From an uncultured candidate division Zixibacteria bacterium (GTDB taxonomy: Bacteria > Zixibacteria > MSB-5A5 > GN15 > PGXB01), in NCBI GenBank assembly GCA_963702205.1, contig OY969724.1, forward strand, positions 2,272,001-2,336,000: 64,000 nt of DNA. Reading direction: 5' to 3'. The position numbers and the translations under genes are program-made. Below are positions 1 to 12,543 of the stretch, piece after piece. Position 1 is the first letter of the stretch. Every line of letters starts with the position of its first letter. A model generated the notes under the pieces. It did no database searches and was not told the DNA's origin. It saw only the letters and a program-made list of their open reading frames with translations.

Positions 1-1
1 C

Positions 2-238
<237 letters not shown>

Positions 239-283
239 GGTAAATCAAGCCCCCGGCGGGCTTTGAGATAAAGGAGTAATGAA

Positions 284-3200
284 GTGGTAACCATACCTTC
301 AAATCTTCCGAGCGCGATGCAAAAAAACCCGGTTTCCTTTTCGGCCATGCAGGTGCAACTGGCCTCTCCTGAAGTTGTACTGTCGTGGTCATACGGTGAA
401 GTCACCAAGCCGGAGACGATCAATTACCGTTCATTCAAACCGGAACGTGACGGTCTTTTTTGCGAAAGAATTTTCGGGCCGGTCAAGGACTGGGAATGCA
501 GCTGCGGTAAGTACAAGCGTATCCGCTTTCGCGGTATCGTCTGCGACCGCTGCGGCGTAGAGGTGACTCAATCGAAGGTACGACGGGAACGTATGGGGCA
601 TATCGAGTTGGCTGTCCCGGTGACTCATATATGGTATGTCAAATCGCTTCCGTCACGGATAGGCAATCTTCTCGACCTGTCGGTCCGCGAACTGGAAAAG
701 CTTATCTATTACGAAGCTTATGTGATGATCGATCCCGGTAATACGTCTTTTCAAAAAGGCGATATGCTCACGGAAGAGGAATTCCTCGAACTTGAGGAAG
801 GCGGCAAGGAATTCGACGCCCGTATGGGTGCCGACGCCGTACGCGAGCTGCTGTCGAAGATCGACGCCGATGAAGTGGCCATCAGCCTCCGAGCCCAGGT
901 CAAGGTCGAGACGTCGGTGCAGCGCCAGAAGGATGCTTTGAAAAGGCTGCGCATTCTCGAAGCTTTCCGGCAGTCGAACAACCGCCCCGAGTGGATGGTC
1001 ATGAGCGTCATTCCGGTCATCCCGCCCGACCTGCGGCCTTTGGTGCCGCTCGAGGGGGGACGGTTTGCCACGTCCGATTTAAATGATCTGTACCGTCGGG
1101 TGATCAATCGTAACAATCGTCTGAAAAAACTCATTGATATACAAGCGCCCGAAGTCATCCTGCGCAACGAAAAGCGCATGCTTCAGGAAGCCGTGGACGC
1201 CCTCTTTGACAACGGTCGCCGGACCCATTCGGTTCGCGGGGACTCCAAGCGTCCGCTTAAGTCCTTGTCCGACCTTCTCAAAGGCAAACAGGGACGTTTT
1301 CGGCAGAACCTGCTCGGTAAGCGCGTCGACTATTCCGGCCGTTCCGTAATCGTGGTCGGACCTGAGTTGAAACTGTACGAGTGCGGTCTTCCCAAAAATA
1401 TGGCGCTTGAACTTTTCAAGCCTTTCATCATCATGAAGCTTGAAGAAAAAGGCTACGTCCAAACCGTCAAATCAGCGAAAAAACTGGTGGAGAGAGAACG
1501 ACCGGAAGTCTGGGATATTCTGGAAGAGATCATCAGTGATCATCCAATATTTCTCAACCGAGCTCCCACTTTGCACCGTCTTGGTATACAGGCGTTTTAT
1601 CCGCGTCTGGTTGAGGGCAAGGCCATTCGTTTGCATCCGCTGGTGTGTGCCGCCTTCAATGCCGATTTCGATGGCGACCAGATGGCCGTGCACGTACCTT
1701 TGTCGTTCGAAGCCCAATTGGAAGCACGTCTGCTGATGTTGTCCTCGAATAACCTGCTTTTGCCGTCGTCGGGCCGTCCGGTGGCGATTCCCTCTCAGGA
1801 TATGGTCATCGGTAATTATTACCTGACCAAAATGCGGTCCGGTGAACCGGGTGAAGGCAGTAACTTTTATGCCAAGGATGAAGCACTGGCCGCTCATGCC
1901 GCCAGGAAACTCGGACTCCATGCCCGGGTTAAGGTTATGATTGACGGTAATCTCGTCGAAACGTCGGTTGGCCGGATTATTTTCAATCAGATTTTACCGG
2001 AAGAGATGCCTTACTTCAACGACGTCGCTTCGCGAGGCAAAACGGAACAGCTAATCCTGAACTGCTTCCGGGCCGTCGGTAATACCAAGACCGTGGAATT
2101 CCTGGACCGTCTTAAAAAACTCGGTTTCGAATATGCCACGATATCGGGTACGACGGTTTCCATCGATGATATTATCGTCCCCGAAGAAAAAGACAAACTT
2201 ATTACGGCCGCCCGTAAGGAAGTTGAGAAGATACAAAAAAGATATGAGCGCGGCGTCATCACCAACGGTGAACGTTACAATCAGGTCATCGACATCTGGA
2301 CCAGGACGACTTCTGAAGTATCCGACGTGATGTTCAGCAACCTCGCCCGCGATAAAGACGGATTCAATCCAGTTTATATGATGGCCGACTCCGGCGCCCG
2401 TGGTTCGAAAGAACAGATTCGCCAGTTGGCCGGAATGCGCGGTCTGATGGCCAAACCGCAGAAAAAAATCACCGGCGGTATGGGCGAAATTATTGAATCG
2501 CCGATTATTTCAAACTTCCGTGAAGGTCTGTCAGTTTCCGAATATTTCATTTCCACGCACGGTGCGCGTAAAGGTCTGGCCGATACGGCCTTAAAGACGG
2601 CCGACGCGGGCTATCTGACCCGGCGGCTGGTCGACGTGGCTCAGGACGTGATTATCACCGAGCCGGACTGTAACACTATTCTCGGAATCAATATTACTGC
2701 CCTGAAAGAAGGCGAAGAAATTATCGAGTCAATTTCCGATCGTATTCTTGGTCGTGTGGCCCTCGATGATATCTATGATCCCATCACCGATGAAATCATC
2801 GTGGGGGCCGGTCAGGAAATCGACGAGGATCATGCCGATGCCATCGAAGAATCCGGGATCGAAATGGTCAGGATTCGTTCGGTGTTGACCTGCGAGTCCA
2901 AGCGCGGCGTGTGTGCCAATTGCTATGGCCGTAACCTGGCCGTCATGAATCAGGTCGATATCGGCGAGGCGGTCGGTGTCATTGCCGCTCAGTCCATCGG
3001 TGAACCGGGCACACAGTTGACGCTTCGGACCTTCCATATCGGTGGCACGGCTGCGCGTATCGCCGAGCAGTCCAAAGTCGAGTCGAAATATCCCGGTAAA
3101 GCCGTTTACGTTAACATCAAACTGGTCGAAGGACCCAGCGGCAGCAAGATTGCCAGCGGCCGCGAGGGAGAGGTTCACGTGGTCGACGACAAAGGCCGCA

Positions 3201-4375
3201 TCCGGGCTCGTTTGAACGTGCCGTACGGTTCTATCATGACCGTCAATGACGGCGACAAGATAGAAAAAGGTGCAGCCATTTTCGAATGGGATCCGTACTC
3301 GGCCACAATCGTTTCCGAACGGGGTGGCAAAGTTGAATACAAGGATATTATCCCGGACGTTACTCTTCGTGAAGAACTCGACGAGACAACCGGTTTGATT
3401 CAGCCTATTATCGTCGAAGAGCGCGACAAATCTCTGTTCCCGACCATTATTATAATGGATTCCAGGAAAAAAGAATTGGCCAGTTATCGTATCCCGACCG
3501 GTGCTCAGCTGCTCGTTAATAATGGCGATACAATTGAGCCGGGGACATTCCTGGTCAAGATTTCGCGCGATATATCCAAGACGCGTGACATCACCGGCGG
3601 TCTTCCGCGAGTGGCGGAGCTGTTTGAAGCCCGCAAGCCGCACGATCCGGCGGTTATTTCCGAAGTTGACGGCGTCGTTGAATTCGGTAAAATCGTCCGC
3701 GGTCAGCAGCAGATATATGTCCACGGCGATGAAGGTGAAACCAAGGATTACCTGATCCCGCACGGACGTCATATCCACGTTCATGAAGGTGATCGTGTTT
3801 ATGCCGGTGAGCGACTCTGTGAGGGTTCGATTGATCCTCACGACATTCTTCGCATCTCTGGTGTAAATGCCGTGCAGGAATACCTCGTCAATGAGATACA
3901 GGAAGTCTATCGTCTGCAAGGCGTGAAGATCAACGACAAACACATCGAAGTGATTGTCCGGCAGATGCTTCAGAAGGTTCGTGTAACCCAGCCCGGTGAC
4001 ACCAATTTTCTCGAAGGCGAGCAGGTTGATCGTATTCGTTTCGCCGAAGAAAACGCCCGTGTTATTGCCGAGGGTGGTGAGCCGGCCCTGTTTGAGCCGC
4101 TGCTTCTGGGCATTACCAAGGCATCGCTTTCCACCGAGAGCTTTATCTCGGCGGCCTCGTTCCAGGAAACGACCAAGGTCCTGACCGAGGCGGCGATCAA
4201 CGGCAAGATCGACTACCTGCAGGGTCTCAAGGAAAATGTCATAATCGGACATTTAATTCCGGCCGGAACCGGTATTGAAAAATATCGGAGTGTGGAGGTC
4301 TTATCCGAGGATGATGAAGGTATGACCGGTGACGGTGATGAATCACTGGCCAACATTTTCAAAGAAAACGCTTGA
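284..4375 (+). CDS. rpoC: RNA polymerase beta' subunit
   Basis: [12 protein letters not shown] active site, N-terminal Zn finger, 1363 aa; AAGGAG before the GTG start. Confidence 0.99.
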   Translation: MVTIPSNLPSAMQKNPVSFSAMQVQLASPEVVLSWSYGEVTKPETINYRSFKPERDGLFCERIFGPVKDWECSCGKYKRIRFRGIVCDRCGVEVTQSKVRRERMGHIELAVPVTHIWYVKSLPSRIGNLLDLSVRELEKLIYYEAYVMIDPGNTSFQKGDMLTEEEFLELEEGGKEFDARMGADAVRELLSKIDADEVAISLRAQVKVETSVQRQKDALKRLRILEAFRQSNNRPEWMVMSVIPVIPPDLRPLVPLEGGRFATSDLNDLYRRVINRNNRLKKLIDIQAPEVILRNEKRMLQEAVDALFDNGRRTHSVRGDSKRPLKSLSDLLKGKQGRFRQNLLGKRVDYSGRSVIVVGPELKLYECGLPKNMALELFKPFIIMKLEEKGYVQTVKSAKKLVERERPEVWDILEEIISDHPIFLNRAPTLHRLGIQAFYPRLVEGKAIRLHPLVCAAFNADFDGDQMAVHVPLSFEAQLEARLLMLSSNNLLLPSSGRPVAIPSQDMVIGNYYLTKMRSGEPGEGSNFYAKDEALAAHAARKLGLHARVKVMIDGNLVETSVGRIIFNQILPEEMPYFNDVASRGKTEQLILNCFRAVGNTKTVEFLDRLKKLGFEYATISGTTVSIDDIIVPEEKDKLITAARKEVEKIQKRYERGVITNGERYNQVIDIWTRTTSEVSDVMFSNLARDKDGFNPVYMMADSGARGSKEQIRQLAGMRGLMAKPQKKITGGMGEIIESPIISNFREGLSVSEYFISTHGARKGLADTALKTADAGYLTRRLVDVAQDVIITEPDCNTILGINITALKEGEEIIESISDRILGRVALDDIYDPITDEIIVGAGQEIDEDHADAIEESGIEMVRIRSVLTCESKRGVCANCYGRNLAVMNQVDIGEAVGVIAAQSIGEPGTQLTLRTFHIGGTAARIAEQSKVESKYPGKAVYVNIKLVEGPSGSKIASGREGEVHVVDDKGRIRARLNVPYGSIMTVNDGDKIEKGAAIFEWDPYSATIVSERGGKVEYKDIIPDVTLREELDETTGLIQPIIVEERDKSLFPTIIIMDSRKKELASYRIPTGAQLLVNNGDTIEPGTFLVKISRDISKTRDITGGLPRVAELFEARKPHDPAVISEVDGVVEFGKIVRGQQQIYVHGDEGETKDYLIPHGRHIHVHEGDRVYAGERLCEGSIDPHDILRISGVNAVQEYLVNEIQEVYRLQGVKINDKHIEVIVRQMLQKVRVTQPGDTNFLEGEQVDRIRFAEENARVIAEGGEPALFEPLLLGITKASLSTESFISAASFQETTKVLTEAAINGKIDYLQGLKENVIIGHLIPAGTGIEKYRSVEVLSEDDEGMTGDGDESLANIFKENA

Positions 4376-4399
4376 CAACATAGGATTAGATGATAAATT
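4372..4399 (+). promoter_or_regulatory. Putative sigma70 promoter of the str operon, overlapping the rpoC stop
   Basis: TTGACA-N16-TAAATT with TG extension. Confidence 0.5.
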
Positions 4400-4448
4400 A
4401 CTGATCTCTTTTTTGTGCGAAAACGTGGATAGGTAAGAAGGAGAAAAT

Positions 4449-4823
4449 GTGCCGACTATAAGTCAACTGATACGAAAAGGACGAAAGCAAATTAAGTCCA
4501 AATCGAATACACCGGCTTTGAAAGGATCGCCGCAAAAGCGCGGCGTATGCACCCGTGTTTATACTTCCACTCCCAAGAAACCGAATTCCGCTCTGCGCAA
4601 GGTGGCTCGTGTCAGGCTGACCAACCAGATCGAGGTTACGGCCTATATTCCCGGTGAAGGTCACAACCTTCAGGAACACTCCATCGTGCTTATTCGCGGC
4701 GGGCGTGTTAAAGATTTGCCGGGGGTGCGGTATCATATCATTCGCGGCACCATGGATACGTCCGGTGTCGCCGATCGCGCCCAGAGCAGATCGAAATACG
4801 GCACCAAGAGGCCGAAAAAGTAG
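4449..4823 (+). CDS. rpsL: 30S ribosomal protein S12
   Basis: [10 protein letters not shown] and GGRVKDLPG motifs. Confidence 0.99.
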   Translation: MPTISQLIRKGRKQIKSKSNTPALKGSPQKRGVCTRVYTSTPKKPNSALRKVARVRLTNQIEVTAYIPGEGHNLQEHSIVLIRGGRVKDLPGVRYHIIRGTMDTSGVADRAQSRSKYGTKRPKK

Positions 4824-4857
4824 AGAATCGAAAGACACAAACAGGTAGGTTGAATTA

Positions 4858-5328
4858 ATGCCAAGACGATACAAACCGGCTAAGAGACCGATCACACCGG
4901 ATACGAAATACACCGATCGACTGGTTACACAGTTTATCGGGTCTTTGATGGAGAGCGGCAAGAAATCCATTGCCGAACAACTATTGTACCATTCCTTCGA
5001 TCTAATCGAAAAGAAAATGGGTCAGCCGGGTATCGAGGTCTTTCATAAAGCGATGAACAATGTCAAGCCGGTACTGGAAGTTCGTTCCCGCCGTGTCGGG
5101 GGCGCCACATACCAGGTGCCGGTCGAAGTTCGTCAGGATCGCCGGGTAGCATTGGCCATCAGGTGGCTTATTTCGTATTCCCGGGGACGGGGCGAACATA
5201 CGATGTCGGAGAGATTGGCGGCGGAATTTATCGCCGCGGCCAATAACGAAGGCGCGTCGGTCAAGAAAAAAGAAGATACGCATAAAATGGCCGAAGCCAA
5301 CAAGGCTTTTGCCCACTTTAGATGGTAG
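4858..5328 (+). CDS. rpsG: 30S ribosomal protein S7
   Basis: [11 protein letters not shown] and AEANKAFAH motifs. Confidence 0.99.
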   Translation: MPRRYKPAKRPITPDTKYTDRLVTQFIGSLMESGKKSIAEQLLYHSFDLIEKKMGQPGIEVFHKAMNNVKPVLEVRSRRVGGATYQVPVEVRQDRRVALAIRWLISYSRGRGEHTMSERLAAEFIAAANNEGASVKKKEDTHKMAEANKAFAHFRW

Positions 5329-5511
5329 AAGGACTTTTTTAAAGGAATCGTAAATAAGGAAGGTTAATAAGTAGTTGAGAGCCTTTTTTAAGATACGATA
5401 AGAAACAGCGATATTAGCGCTTGCAAACAACCCCTTCTGAATTATTGCGGTGCTGGAGACGGTTTCTTATTGATAAGGCTGGTTGCTTAGGAATTCAGAC
5501 AGGGATTTTTT

Positions 5512-7593
5512 ATGCCCCAGATGAAGGATTTACAGCGCATACGGAATATCGGTATCATGGCCCACATTGATGCCGGTAAGACGACCACGACCGAGAGAAT
5601 CCTTTACTACACCGGCAAGACACATCGCATAGGCGAAGTCGATGACGGTGCTGCGACCATGGACTGGATGGAGCAGGAGAAGGAACGAGGTATTACTATA
5701 ACCTCGGCCGCGACTACCTGCTTTTGGAGAGATTTCCAGGTCAATATCATTGATACTCCCGGCCACGTCGATTTTACTATTGAAGTGGAGCGCTCTCTGC
5801 GCGTCCTCGATGGTGCCGTGGGCCTGTTTTGCGCTGTCGGCGGTGTCGAACCGCAGTCCGAAACCGTCTGGTTCCAGGCCGATAAATACAAAGTCCCGCG
5901 CATCGCATTCGTTAACAAGCTCGATCGCATTGGCGCCGATTTCGAAATGGCCGTCAAGGAGATGAACGAAAAATTCCCGCAGAAGTGCATCCCGGTCCAG
6001 ATTCCTTTTGGCCAGGGCAATCAGTTCCAGGGCGTCATCGATCTGCTCGACATGACTTATCGTTTCAGCCACGAAGATACGCTCGGGGCAAAATTCGAGG
6101 ATCGACCCATTCCCGAAGACTGGCTCGAAGCGACCAACAAAGCCCGGGAAAAAATGCTCGAAGCCCTGTCCGATTATGATGATACCCTTCTCGATAATTT
6201 CCTGAACGATAAGCCCATCGAACGGGCCGAAATAGCTTATGCTATCCGCAAGGGCGTGATTGACACCAGGCTGGTTCCGGTTCTGTGCGGATCATCACTC
6301 AAAAATAAGGGCGTGCAAAAGCTCCTCGACGCCATCGTCGATTATCTGCCGTCGCCTTTGGACGTCCCTCCGATTACCGGTAAGTCCGTCGATGGCAAAA
6401 AGGACATCGTTCGTAAGGCCGATCCCGATGAACCCCTGGCGGCCCTGGCTTTCAAAATTGCCACCGATACTCACTCGGGCAAACTTTGTTATGTCAGGAT
6501 TTATTCCGGTACAATGAAAACCGGTTCGAATATATTAAATCCAATTTCGGGCATCAAAGAACGGGTCGGGCGAATTCTTCAGATGCACTCGAACAAACGT
6601 GCCGACATAGAAGTTGCTTCGGCCGGTGACATCGTCGCCATCATAGGTTTTCGCAAAACTACGACCGGAGACACTCTTTGCGACGTAAAAAACCCCATCG
6701 TCCTTGACGTCATGAAATTCCCCGAGCCGGTTATTTGGGTGGCTATCGAGCCCAAATCCAAGGCCGATCAGGACAAATTGGGCGACGCCATGACCAAGCT
6801 CGAAGAGGAAGACCCGACTTTCAGGGTGCGTGTCAACGAAGAGACCGGGCAAACCATTATCGCCGGGATGGGCGAGTTGCACCTCGAAATATTGATCGAA
6901 CGCATGATCCGTGAATTTCACGTGCATGCCAATATCGGCAAACCGTCGGTGGCTTATAAAGAAACCATCACGGAAGCCGTCGACGCCGAAGGCAAGTTTA
7001 TCCGTCAGAGCGGCGGCAAAGGGCAGTACGGTCACGTCGTCATTCACGTCGAACCCAACAATAACGGGACACCGTTCAAGTTTGCCAACCAGATCAAAGG
7101 CGATGCGATCCCCCGTGCGTTTATTCCCGCTGTCGAACGGGGCCTGAAAAGTGCCATGTCCAGCGGTGTCATCGCCGGTTATCCGATTACGGGAATCAAG
7201 GCGACTTTAATTGACGGTTCATCGCACGACGTCGACGCCACCGAGCTGGCCTTTGAAGTGGCCGCGTCGATGGCTCTCAAGGATGCCGCCCGCAAGGCGC
7301 ATCCGGTCATGCTCGAACCGGTCATGGACGTGGAAGTGATCTGCCCCGAGGATTACATGGGCAGCATTGTGGGTGATATGAATCTTCGCCGGGGAAAAAT
7401 CCATGGCATGATACCCCGCAATAACCTTCAGGTTATCCGCGCCACCGTGCCTTTGGCAGAGATGTTCGGATATGCCACCGTATTAAGAAATTTAACTCAG
7501 GGCAGGGGCGTTTATACCATGCAGTTTTCGAAGTACGCGCCACTTCCGGAGGATGTGTCCAATAAACTTTTTGCTATGTCAATGTTTAATTAA
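5512..7593 (+). CDS. fusA: Elongation factor G
   Basis: [23 protein letters not shown] and [12 protein letters not shown] motifs; str operon position. Confidence 0.98.
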   Translation: MPQMKDLQRIRNIGIMAHIDAGKTTTTERILYYTGKTHRIGEVDDGAATMDWMEQEKERGITITSAATTCFWRDFQVNIIDTPGHVDFTIEVERSLRVLDGAVGLFCAVGGVEPQSETVWFQADKYKVPRIAFVNKLDRIGADFEMAVKEMNEKFPQKCIPVQIPFGQGNQFQGVIDLLDMTYRFSHEDTLGAKFEDRPIPEDWLEATNKAREKMLEALSDYDDTLLDNFLNDKPIERAEIAYAIRKGVIDTRLVPVLCGSSLKNKGVQKLLDAIVDYLPSPLDVPPITGKSVDGKKDIVRKADPDEPLAALAFKIATDTHSGKLCYVRIYSGTMKTGSNILNPISGIKERVGRILQMHSNKRADIEVASAGDIVAIIGFRKTTTGDTLCDVKNPIVLDVMKFPEPVIWVAIEPKSKADQDKLGDAMTKLEEEDPTFRVRVNEETGQTIIAGMGELHLEILIERMIREFHVHANIGKPSVAYKETITEAVDAEGKFIRQSGGKGQYGHVVIHVEPNNNGTPFKFANQIKGDAIPRAFIPAVERGLKSAMSSGVIAGYPITGIKATLIDGSSHDVDATELAFEVAASMALKDAARKAHPVMLEPVMDVEVICPEDYMGSIVGDMNLRRGKIHGMIPRNNLQVIRATVPLAEMFGYATVLRNLTQGRGVYTMQFSKYAPLPEDVSNKLFAMSMFN

Positions 7594-7616
7594 AAGTATA
7601 GTGAGGTAGAAAGGAA

Positions 7617-8819
7617 ATGGCGAAAGAGAAATTTATAAGAAACAAGCCGCACGTAAACGTGGGCACGATCGGTCACGTGGACCACGGCAAGACGACCCTG
7701 ACGGCGGCGATCACGATGTATCTGAGCTCCCTGGGGATGTCTCAGGTTCGGACGTTTGACTCGATCGACAATGCCCCGGAAGAAAAAGAACGCGGTATCA
7801 CGATCGCGACGGCTCACGTCGAATACGAGACGACCAAGCGTCACTATGCTCACGTGGACTGTCCCGGTCACGCCGACTATGTCAAGAACATGATCACGGG
7901 TGCGGCCCAGATGGACGGAGCGATTCTGGTGGTGTCGGCGGCCGACGGCCCGATGCCTCAGACGCGAGAGCATATTCTTCTGGCTCGTCAGGTGGGAGTC
8001 CCGTACATCGTCGTTTTCATGAATAAAGTCGACATGGTCGACGATCCCGAGCTCCTGGACCTGGTGGAACTGGAAGTTCGTGACCTTCTGACGCAGTATC
8101 AGTTTCCGGGTGATGATATTCCGGTGATACGCGGCAGTGCTCTGGAAGCCATGACCAACGGGGCCAACGGCGTCAAGGATCATCCTTCGTACAAGGCTCT
8201 CGATGAACTTCTGAAAGCTCTGGATGAATATATTCCGGAGCCTCAGCGTGAGACCGACAAGCCGTTTCTGATGCCGGTCGAGGACGTCTTCTCGATCACC
8301 GGTCGGGGGACGGTCGGGACGGGTCGTATCGAGCGGGGTATGATTCATACCGGAGACGAAGTCGAACGGGTCGGCATTCGTGAGACGAAGAAGACGGTCT
8401 GCACGGGTGTCGAGATGTTCCGCAAGATACTGGATGAAGGTCAGGCGGGCGACAACGTGGGACTGCTTTTGCGAGGTATAGAAAAGACCGATCTGGAACG
8501 CGGCATGGTCCTGGCCAAGCCGGGTTCGATTACGCCTCACACCAAGTTCAAAGCAGAAGTTTACGTTTTGAGCAAGGAAGAGGGTGGTCGTCACACGCCG
8601 TTCTTTGGCGGCTATCGTCCGCAGTTTTATTTTCGGACGACGGACGTGACGGGAGAAGTTAAGTTGCCGGAAGGCGTGGAGATGGTAATGCCGGGCGACA
8701 ATATCCGGATCGAAGCGGCTTTGATCACCCCGATCGCGATGGAGAAAGAACTTCGTTTCGCGGTTCGTGAAGGTGGCCGAACGGTCGGCGCCGGTGTTAT
8801 CACCGAAGTTATCGAATAG
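7617..8819 (+). CDS. tuf: Elongation factor Tu
   Basis: [21 protein letters not shown] and [10 protein letters not shown] motifs. Confidence 0.99.
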   Translation: MAKEKFIRNKPHVNVGTIGHVDHGKTTLTAAITMYLSSLGMSQVRTFDSIDNAPEEKERGITIATAHVEYETTKRHYAHVDCPGHADYVKNMITGAAQMDGAILVVSAADGPMPQTREHILLARQVGVPYIVVFMNKVDMVDDPELLDLVELEVRDLLTQYQFPGDDIPVIRGSALEAMTNGANGVKDHPSYKALDELLKALDEYIPEPQRETDKPFLMPVEDVFSITGRGTVGTGRIERGMIHTGDEVERVGIRETKKTVCTGVEMFRKILDEGQAGDNVGLLLRGIEKTDLERGMVLAKPGSITPHTKFKAEVYVLSKEEGGRHTPFFGGYRPQFYFRTTDVTGEVKLPEGVEMVMPGDNIRIEAALITPIAMEKELRFAVREGGRTVGAGVITEVIE

Positions 8820-8843
8820 CGAGGTTTGGAATAAAGGTTTATT

Positions 8844-9152
8844 ATGGATGCCCAAAAAATTAGAATTAAACTCAAGGCATACGACCATTATGCACTTGAT
8901 CGGTCGACCAAGGAGATTACGCGCACCGTTTTGAGAACCGGTGCCCGAATTGCCGGTCCGATTCCTCTGCCGACTAAAAGGACGGTATATACTGTATTGC
9001 GGTCGCCGCACGTGGATAAAAAGTCCCGGGAGCAGTTCGAGACCAGGATCCACAAGCGTCTGATCGACATATATGAATCGACTCCTCAGACCGTTGACGC
9101 CCTCATGAAACTTGATCTTCCCGCGGGTGTCGACGTTGAGATTAAGACCTGA
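8844..9152 (+). CDS. rpsJ: 30S ribosomal protein S10
   Basis: GPIPLPT and [14 protein letters not shown] motifs. Confidence 0.99.
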   Translation: MDAQKIRIKLKAYDHYALDRSTKEITRTVLRTGARIAGPIPLPTKRTVYTVLRSPHVDKKSREQFETRIHKRLIDIYESTPQTVDALMKLDLPAGVDVEIKT

Positions 9153-9165
9153 TGGTGAAAGTACA

Positions 9166-9792
9166 ATGAAGGAAATAATTGGAAGAAAGCTGGGTATGAC
9201 GCGGGTTTTCGCTCCCGATGGAGACGAGATACCGGTTTCGGTGATCGAAGCGGGGCCGTGCGTCGTGATCAGCAAAAAAACGATAGAAAAAGACGGCTAT
9301 GAGGCTCTTAAGGTCGGTTATGGTGAACGGCGAAAAAATCTGTTCAACAAAGCCGAACAGGGTGTTTTCGAAAAGGCCGGAGTGGAGCCGAAACGGTTCC
9401 TGCGCGAAATTCGCGGTGAAGGCGATATTGAGGTCGGCCAGGAAATCAAAGCCGATATATTCAAACCGGGTGAGCGAGTGGATGTGTCCGGTGTATCCCG
9501 GGGCCTCGGATTTCAGGGAGCCATGAAGCGCCATCATTTTTCCGGAGCCCAGAAAACTCACGGGCAGTCCGATCGGTCTCGCGCCGTCGGCTCAATAGGT
9601 CAGTCGTCGTACCCGTCGCGTGTCTTCAAGGGCATGCGTGCTGCGGGCAAAATGGGCAAAGACAGCGTGACCGTATTAAACCTGGAAGTCATCCAGGTTG
9701 TCGACTCCGAAAACCTGATATTGATTCGCGGTGGTGTCCCCGGGAAAAAGGGTTCCCTCGTGAAAATACGGCAGACCAATCGGCGGAAATAG
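9166..9792 (+). CDS. rplC: 50S ribosomal protein L3
   Basis: MKEIIGRKLGMT start; GFQGAMKRH and PSRVFKG motifs. Confidence 0.97.
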   Translation: MKEIIGRKLGMTRVFAPDGDEIPVSVIEAGPCVVISKKTIEKDGYEALKVGYGERRKNLFNKAEQGVFEKAGVEPKRFLREIRGEGDIEVGQEIKADIFKPGERVDVSGVSRGLGFQGAMKRHHFSGAQKTHGQSDRSRAVGSIGQSSYPSRVFKGMRAAGKMGKDSVTVLNLEVIQVVDSENLILIRGGVPGKKGSLVKIRQTNRRK

Positions 9793-9805
9793 AGGACGGT
9801 GTACT

Positions 9806-10432
9806 ATGGAAATGAAATTATACAATAAAGAAGGCTCGGAAATCGGCACCGTCACGCTGAGCGATGAATTATTCGGTGCGGAGCCGAATCAGAATATCGT
9901 GCACCAGTACGTCGTCAATTATCTGTCGAATCAACGGCAGGGGACGGCGAGCGCGAAAGGCCGAAGCGATGTCCGAGGCGGCGGCAAGAAGCCGTACCGT
10001 CAAAAAGGAACGGGACGAGCCCGTGCAGGTACCATTCGCTCGCCTCTGTGGCGCGGTGGTGGTGTCGCATTCGGTCCGTCTCCGAAATCGTACTTCAGCA
10101 AATTCCCCAAGCGCATGAAGCGCCTGGCTCAGATTTCGGCTTTTTCCGACAAAGCCCGGAATGATAATATCAGGGTCATCGACGACCTTAACCTGGAAGA
10201 AGTTAAAACCAGGGCACTGGTTAAGATTCTGGACAATCTCGGTCTGGAAGACAAACGCTGTCTTATCCTTGATGAAGGCCAAAGCCAGAATTTGATCCTG
10301 TCGGTGAGAAATCTTAACCGGGCGAAATATGCACGGGCGGCGCTGGCGAACACGTACGATATTCTGAACGCCGACGTCCTGCTGTTCACCAAAGCCGGTC
10401 TCGATAAGGCCGAGGAGGTGTTTGGAAAATGA
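9806..10432 (+). CDS. rplD: 50S ribosomal protein L4
   Basis: KPYRQKGTGRARAG motif. Confidence 0.98.
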   Translation: MEMKLYNKEGSEIGTVTLSDELFGAEPNQNIVHQYVVNYLSNQRQGTASAKGRSDVRGGGKKPYRQKGTGRARAGTIRSPLWRGGGVAFGPSPKSYFSKFPKRMKRLAQISAFSDKARNDNIRVIDDLNLEEVKTRALVKILDNLGLEDKRCLILDEGQSQNLILSVRNLNRAKYARAALANTYDILNADVLLFTKAGLDKAEEVFGK

Positions 10433-10719
10433 CGGATCCGCGCGAACTATTGGAGCTGCACCGTATTACGGAAAAGTCGAACTTGTTGCGTGAAACGACC
10501 AACTCCTATGTTTTTCAGGTGAAGCGTAAAGCGACCAAGCCGGAAATCAAAAAGGCCGTGGAAAAGGCCTTCAACGTCAAGGTTGATACGGTTCGGACGA
10601 TGATAATGCCCGCCAAGCCGAAACGCCTGGGGCGTTTTGCCGGCCGTACGACGGCATGGAAAAAGGCTATTGTGACTCTCGCCAAGGGTCAGCACATAAC
10701 AGATTTTGATAATGTATAG
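10429..10719 (+). CDS. rplW: 50S ribosomal protein L23
   Basis: ITEKS...WKKAIVTL; synteny. Confidence 0.97.
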   Translation: MTDPRELLELHRITEKSNLLRETTNSYVFQVKRKATKPEIKKAVEKAFNVKVDTVRTMIMPAKPKRLGRFAGRTTAWKKAIVTLAKGQHITDFDNV

Positions 10720-10737
10720 CAGTGTATAGGTTAGAAA

Positions 10738-11568
10738 ATGGGTATAAAGAAATTTAAACCGACCACGCCGTCACTAAGGTTCCGGATGATCCCGACGTTC
10801 GAAGAGATTACGTCGGGGATTCCTGAAAAGTCTTTGCTCATCCCGCTTAAGAAGACCGGCGGTCGCAATAACAAGGGGCGGGTTACGGCTCGTCATCGCG
10901 GCGGCGGCCATAAAAGATTCTATCGAATGATCGACTTCAAGCGCGACAAGCATGAAATCCCGGCCCGCGTGGCCTCGATCGAATACGATCCCAATCGTTC
11001 GGCCAATATTGCCCTGTTGCACTACGTCGACGGTGAAAAAAGATACATTCTCGCTCCCAACGGGCTCAAGGTCGACGACCGCGTCGTATCGGGAGAAAAC
11101 GCCGACGTGCGTGTCGGAAACGCCATGCCGATAAAGAACATGCCTCTGGGCACGTCCATTCACAACGTCGAATTGTTTCCGGGTCGCGGCGGCAAACTGG
11201 CCCGCAGTGCCGGGACCTATATACAGCTGGCGGCCAAAGAAGGCCAATTCGCCCACTTGAAGATGCCGTCGGGTGAGGTTCGGCTGGTCCGTCAGGATTG
11301 TCTGGCCACCGTGGGTGAAATCGGTAATTCCGATCATAAAAATATTTCACTGGGTAAAGCCGGTGCCTCTCGCTGGCGCGGACGCCGACCCAAAGTGCGC
11401 GGCGTCGCCATGAACCCGCACGACCATCCGATGGGCGGCGGCGAAGGACGAAGCAGCGGTGGTCGTCATCCCTGTACTCCCTGGGGCAAAAAGACCAAAG
11501 GTCTTAAAACGAGAAAGAAACGGAAATCCAATAAATACATCGTTGAACGTCGCGACAAGAAGAAATAA
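10738..11568 (+). CDS. rplB: 50S ribosomal protein L2
   Basis: IEYDPNRSA and [18 protein letters not shown] motifs. Confidence 0.99.
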   Translation: MGIKKFKPTTPSLRFRMIPTFEEITSGIPEKSLLIPLKKTGGRNNKGRVTARHRGGGHKRFYRMIDFKRDKHEIPARVASIEYDPNRSANIALLHYVDGEKRYILAPNGLKVDDRVVSGENADVRVGNAMPIKNMPLGTSIHNVELFPGRGGKLARSAGTYIQLAAKEGQFAHLKMPSGEVRLVRQDCLATVGEIGNSDHKNISLGKAGASRWRGRRPKVRGVAMNPHDHPMGGGEGRSSGGRHPCTPWGKKTKGLKTRKKRKSNKYIVERRDKKK

Positions 11569-11583
11569 GCGCGGAGGAAATAG

Positions 11584-11874
11584 ATGCCAAGGTCATTGAA
11601 AAAAGGACCGTACATAGAATCCAAATTGATGAAGAAGGTTGATGAACTCAACCGGACCGGTGACAAAAAGGTCATAAAGACCTGGTCGCGGCGGTCGACT
11701 ATATCGCCGGAATTTGTCGGCCACACTCTGGCTGTACATAACGGCAATAAATTCATTCCGATTTATGTAACCGAAAATATGGTTGGGCACAAGCTTGGTG
11801 AGTTTGCTCCGACACGGACTTTCCGCGGGCATGGCGGCAAGTTGGTTGAACGCGCCAGTTCCATTAAGGGTTAA
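11584..11874 (+). CDS. rpsS: 30S ribosomal protein S19
   Basis: KTWSRRS and [11 protein letters not shown] motifs. Confidence 0.99.
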   Translation: MPRSLKKGPYIESKLMKKVDELNRTGDKKVIKTWSRRSTISPEFVGHTLAVHNGNKFIPIYVTENMVGHKLGEFAPTRTFRGHGGKLVERASSIKG

Positions 11875-11886
11875 GGAGCCATTGTA

Positions 11887-12522
11887 ATGATGCAGGCAAT
11901 AGCAAGAATAAAATATCTGCGCATGTCCCCGAAGAAGATGCGCCGGGTCGCGGCTCTGGTCAAGGGTAAACCGGTTGAAGAGGCCTTGAATATACTGAAC
12001 TTCACACCCAAAGCTGCCGCTCATCCACTGGCCAAAACGGTCAAATCCGCGGCCGCCAATGCCATCGCCGCCGTTGGTACCGCCAGACTTCGCGCCGAAG
12101 ATTTGTCTATTTCAAGAATCCTGGTAGATGAAGCTCCGACTGCCAAGCGCGTTCGTTTCCAGTCCATGGGGCGAGTTTTCCGCATTCGAAAAAGATTCTG
12201 CCATTTGATGGTTGAAGTCGAAGGCGAGCCGGTACAGGAAGAACCCAAGAAGCGCGGACGTCGCAAAAAAGCCGTGAAAGAGACGGACGAAGCCGCCGCC
12301 GCTCCGAAGAAAAAGACGGCTACCCGTGCGAAAAAGGCGAAAGTCGGAACCAGGGCTAAAGCCAAAGATAAAGAGATAGCCGAAGAAAAAGAAATCGAAC
12401 AGACTGAAGATAAATTGACAGAACCGGAAGTCGAAACTCAGGCCGAAGCCGACGTCGAGGCGGACGAAACGCCCGAAGCTGAAACCGATGCGGCCGGAGA
12501 CGACGACAAAAAAGAAGAATAG
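11887..12522 (+). CDS. rplV: 50S ribosomal protein L22 with ~100-aa C-terminal extension
   Basis: SPKKMRRVA...VKSAAANA core; lies between rpsS and rpsC. Confidence 0.95.
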   Translation: MMQAIARIKYLRMSPKKMRRVAALVKGKPVEEALNILNFTPKAAAHPLAKTVKSAAANAIAAVGTARLRAEDLSISRILVDEAPTAKRVRFQSMGRVFRIRKRFCHLMVEVEGEPVQEEPKKRGRRKKAVKETDEAAAAPKKKTATRAKKAKVGTRAKAKDKEIAEEKEIEQTEDKLTEPEVETQAEADVEADETPEAETDAAGDDDKKEE

Positions 12523-12543
12523 AAAGTATTAGAGGAGATAACT

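Noticed and set aside
2729..4252. 507-aa antisense ORF in rpoC
   Set aside because: Codon-bias shadow with no recognisable domain.
7590..9275. 561-aa antisense ORF over tuf/rpsJ/rplC
   Set aside because: Shadow of highly conserved, codon-biased genes.
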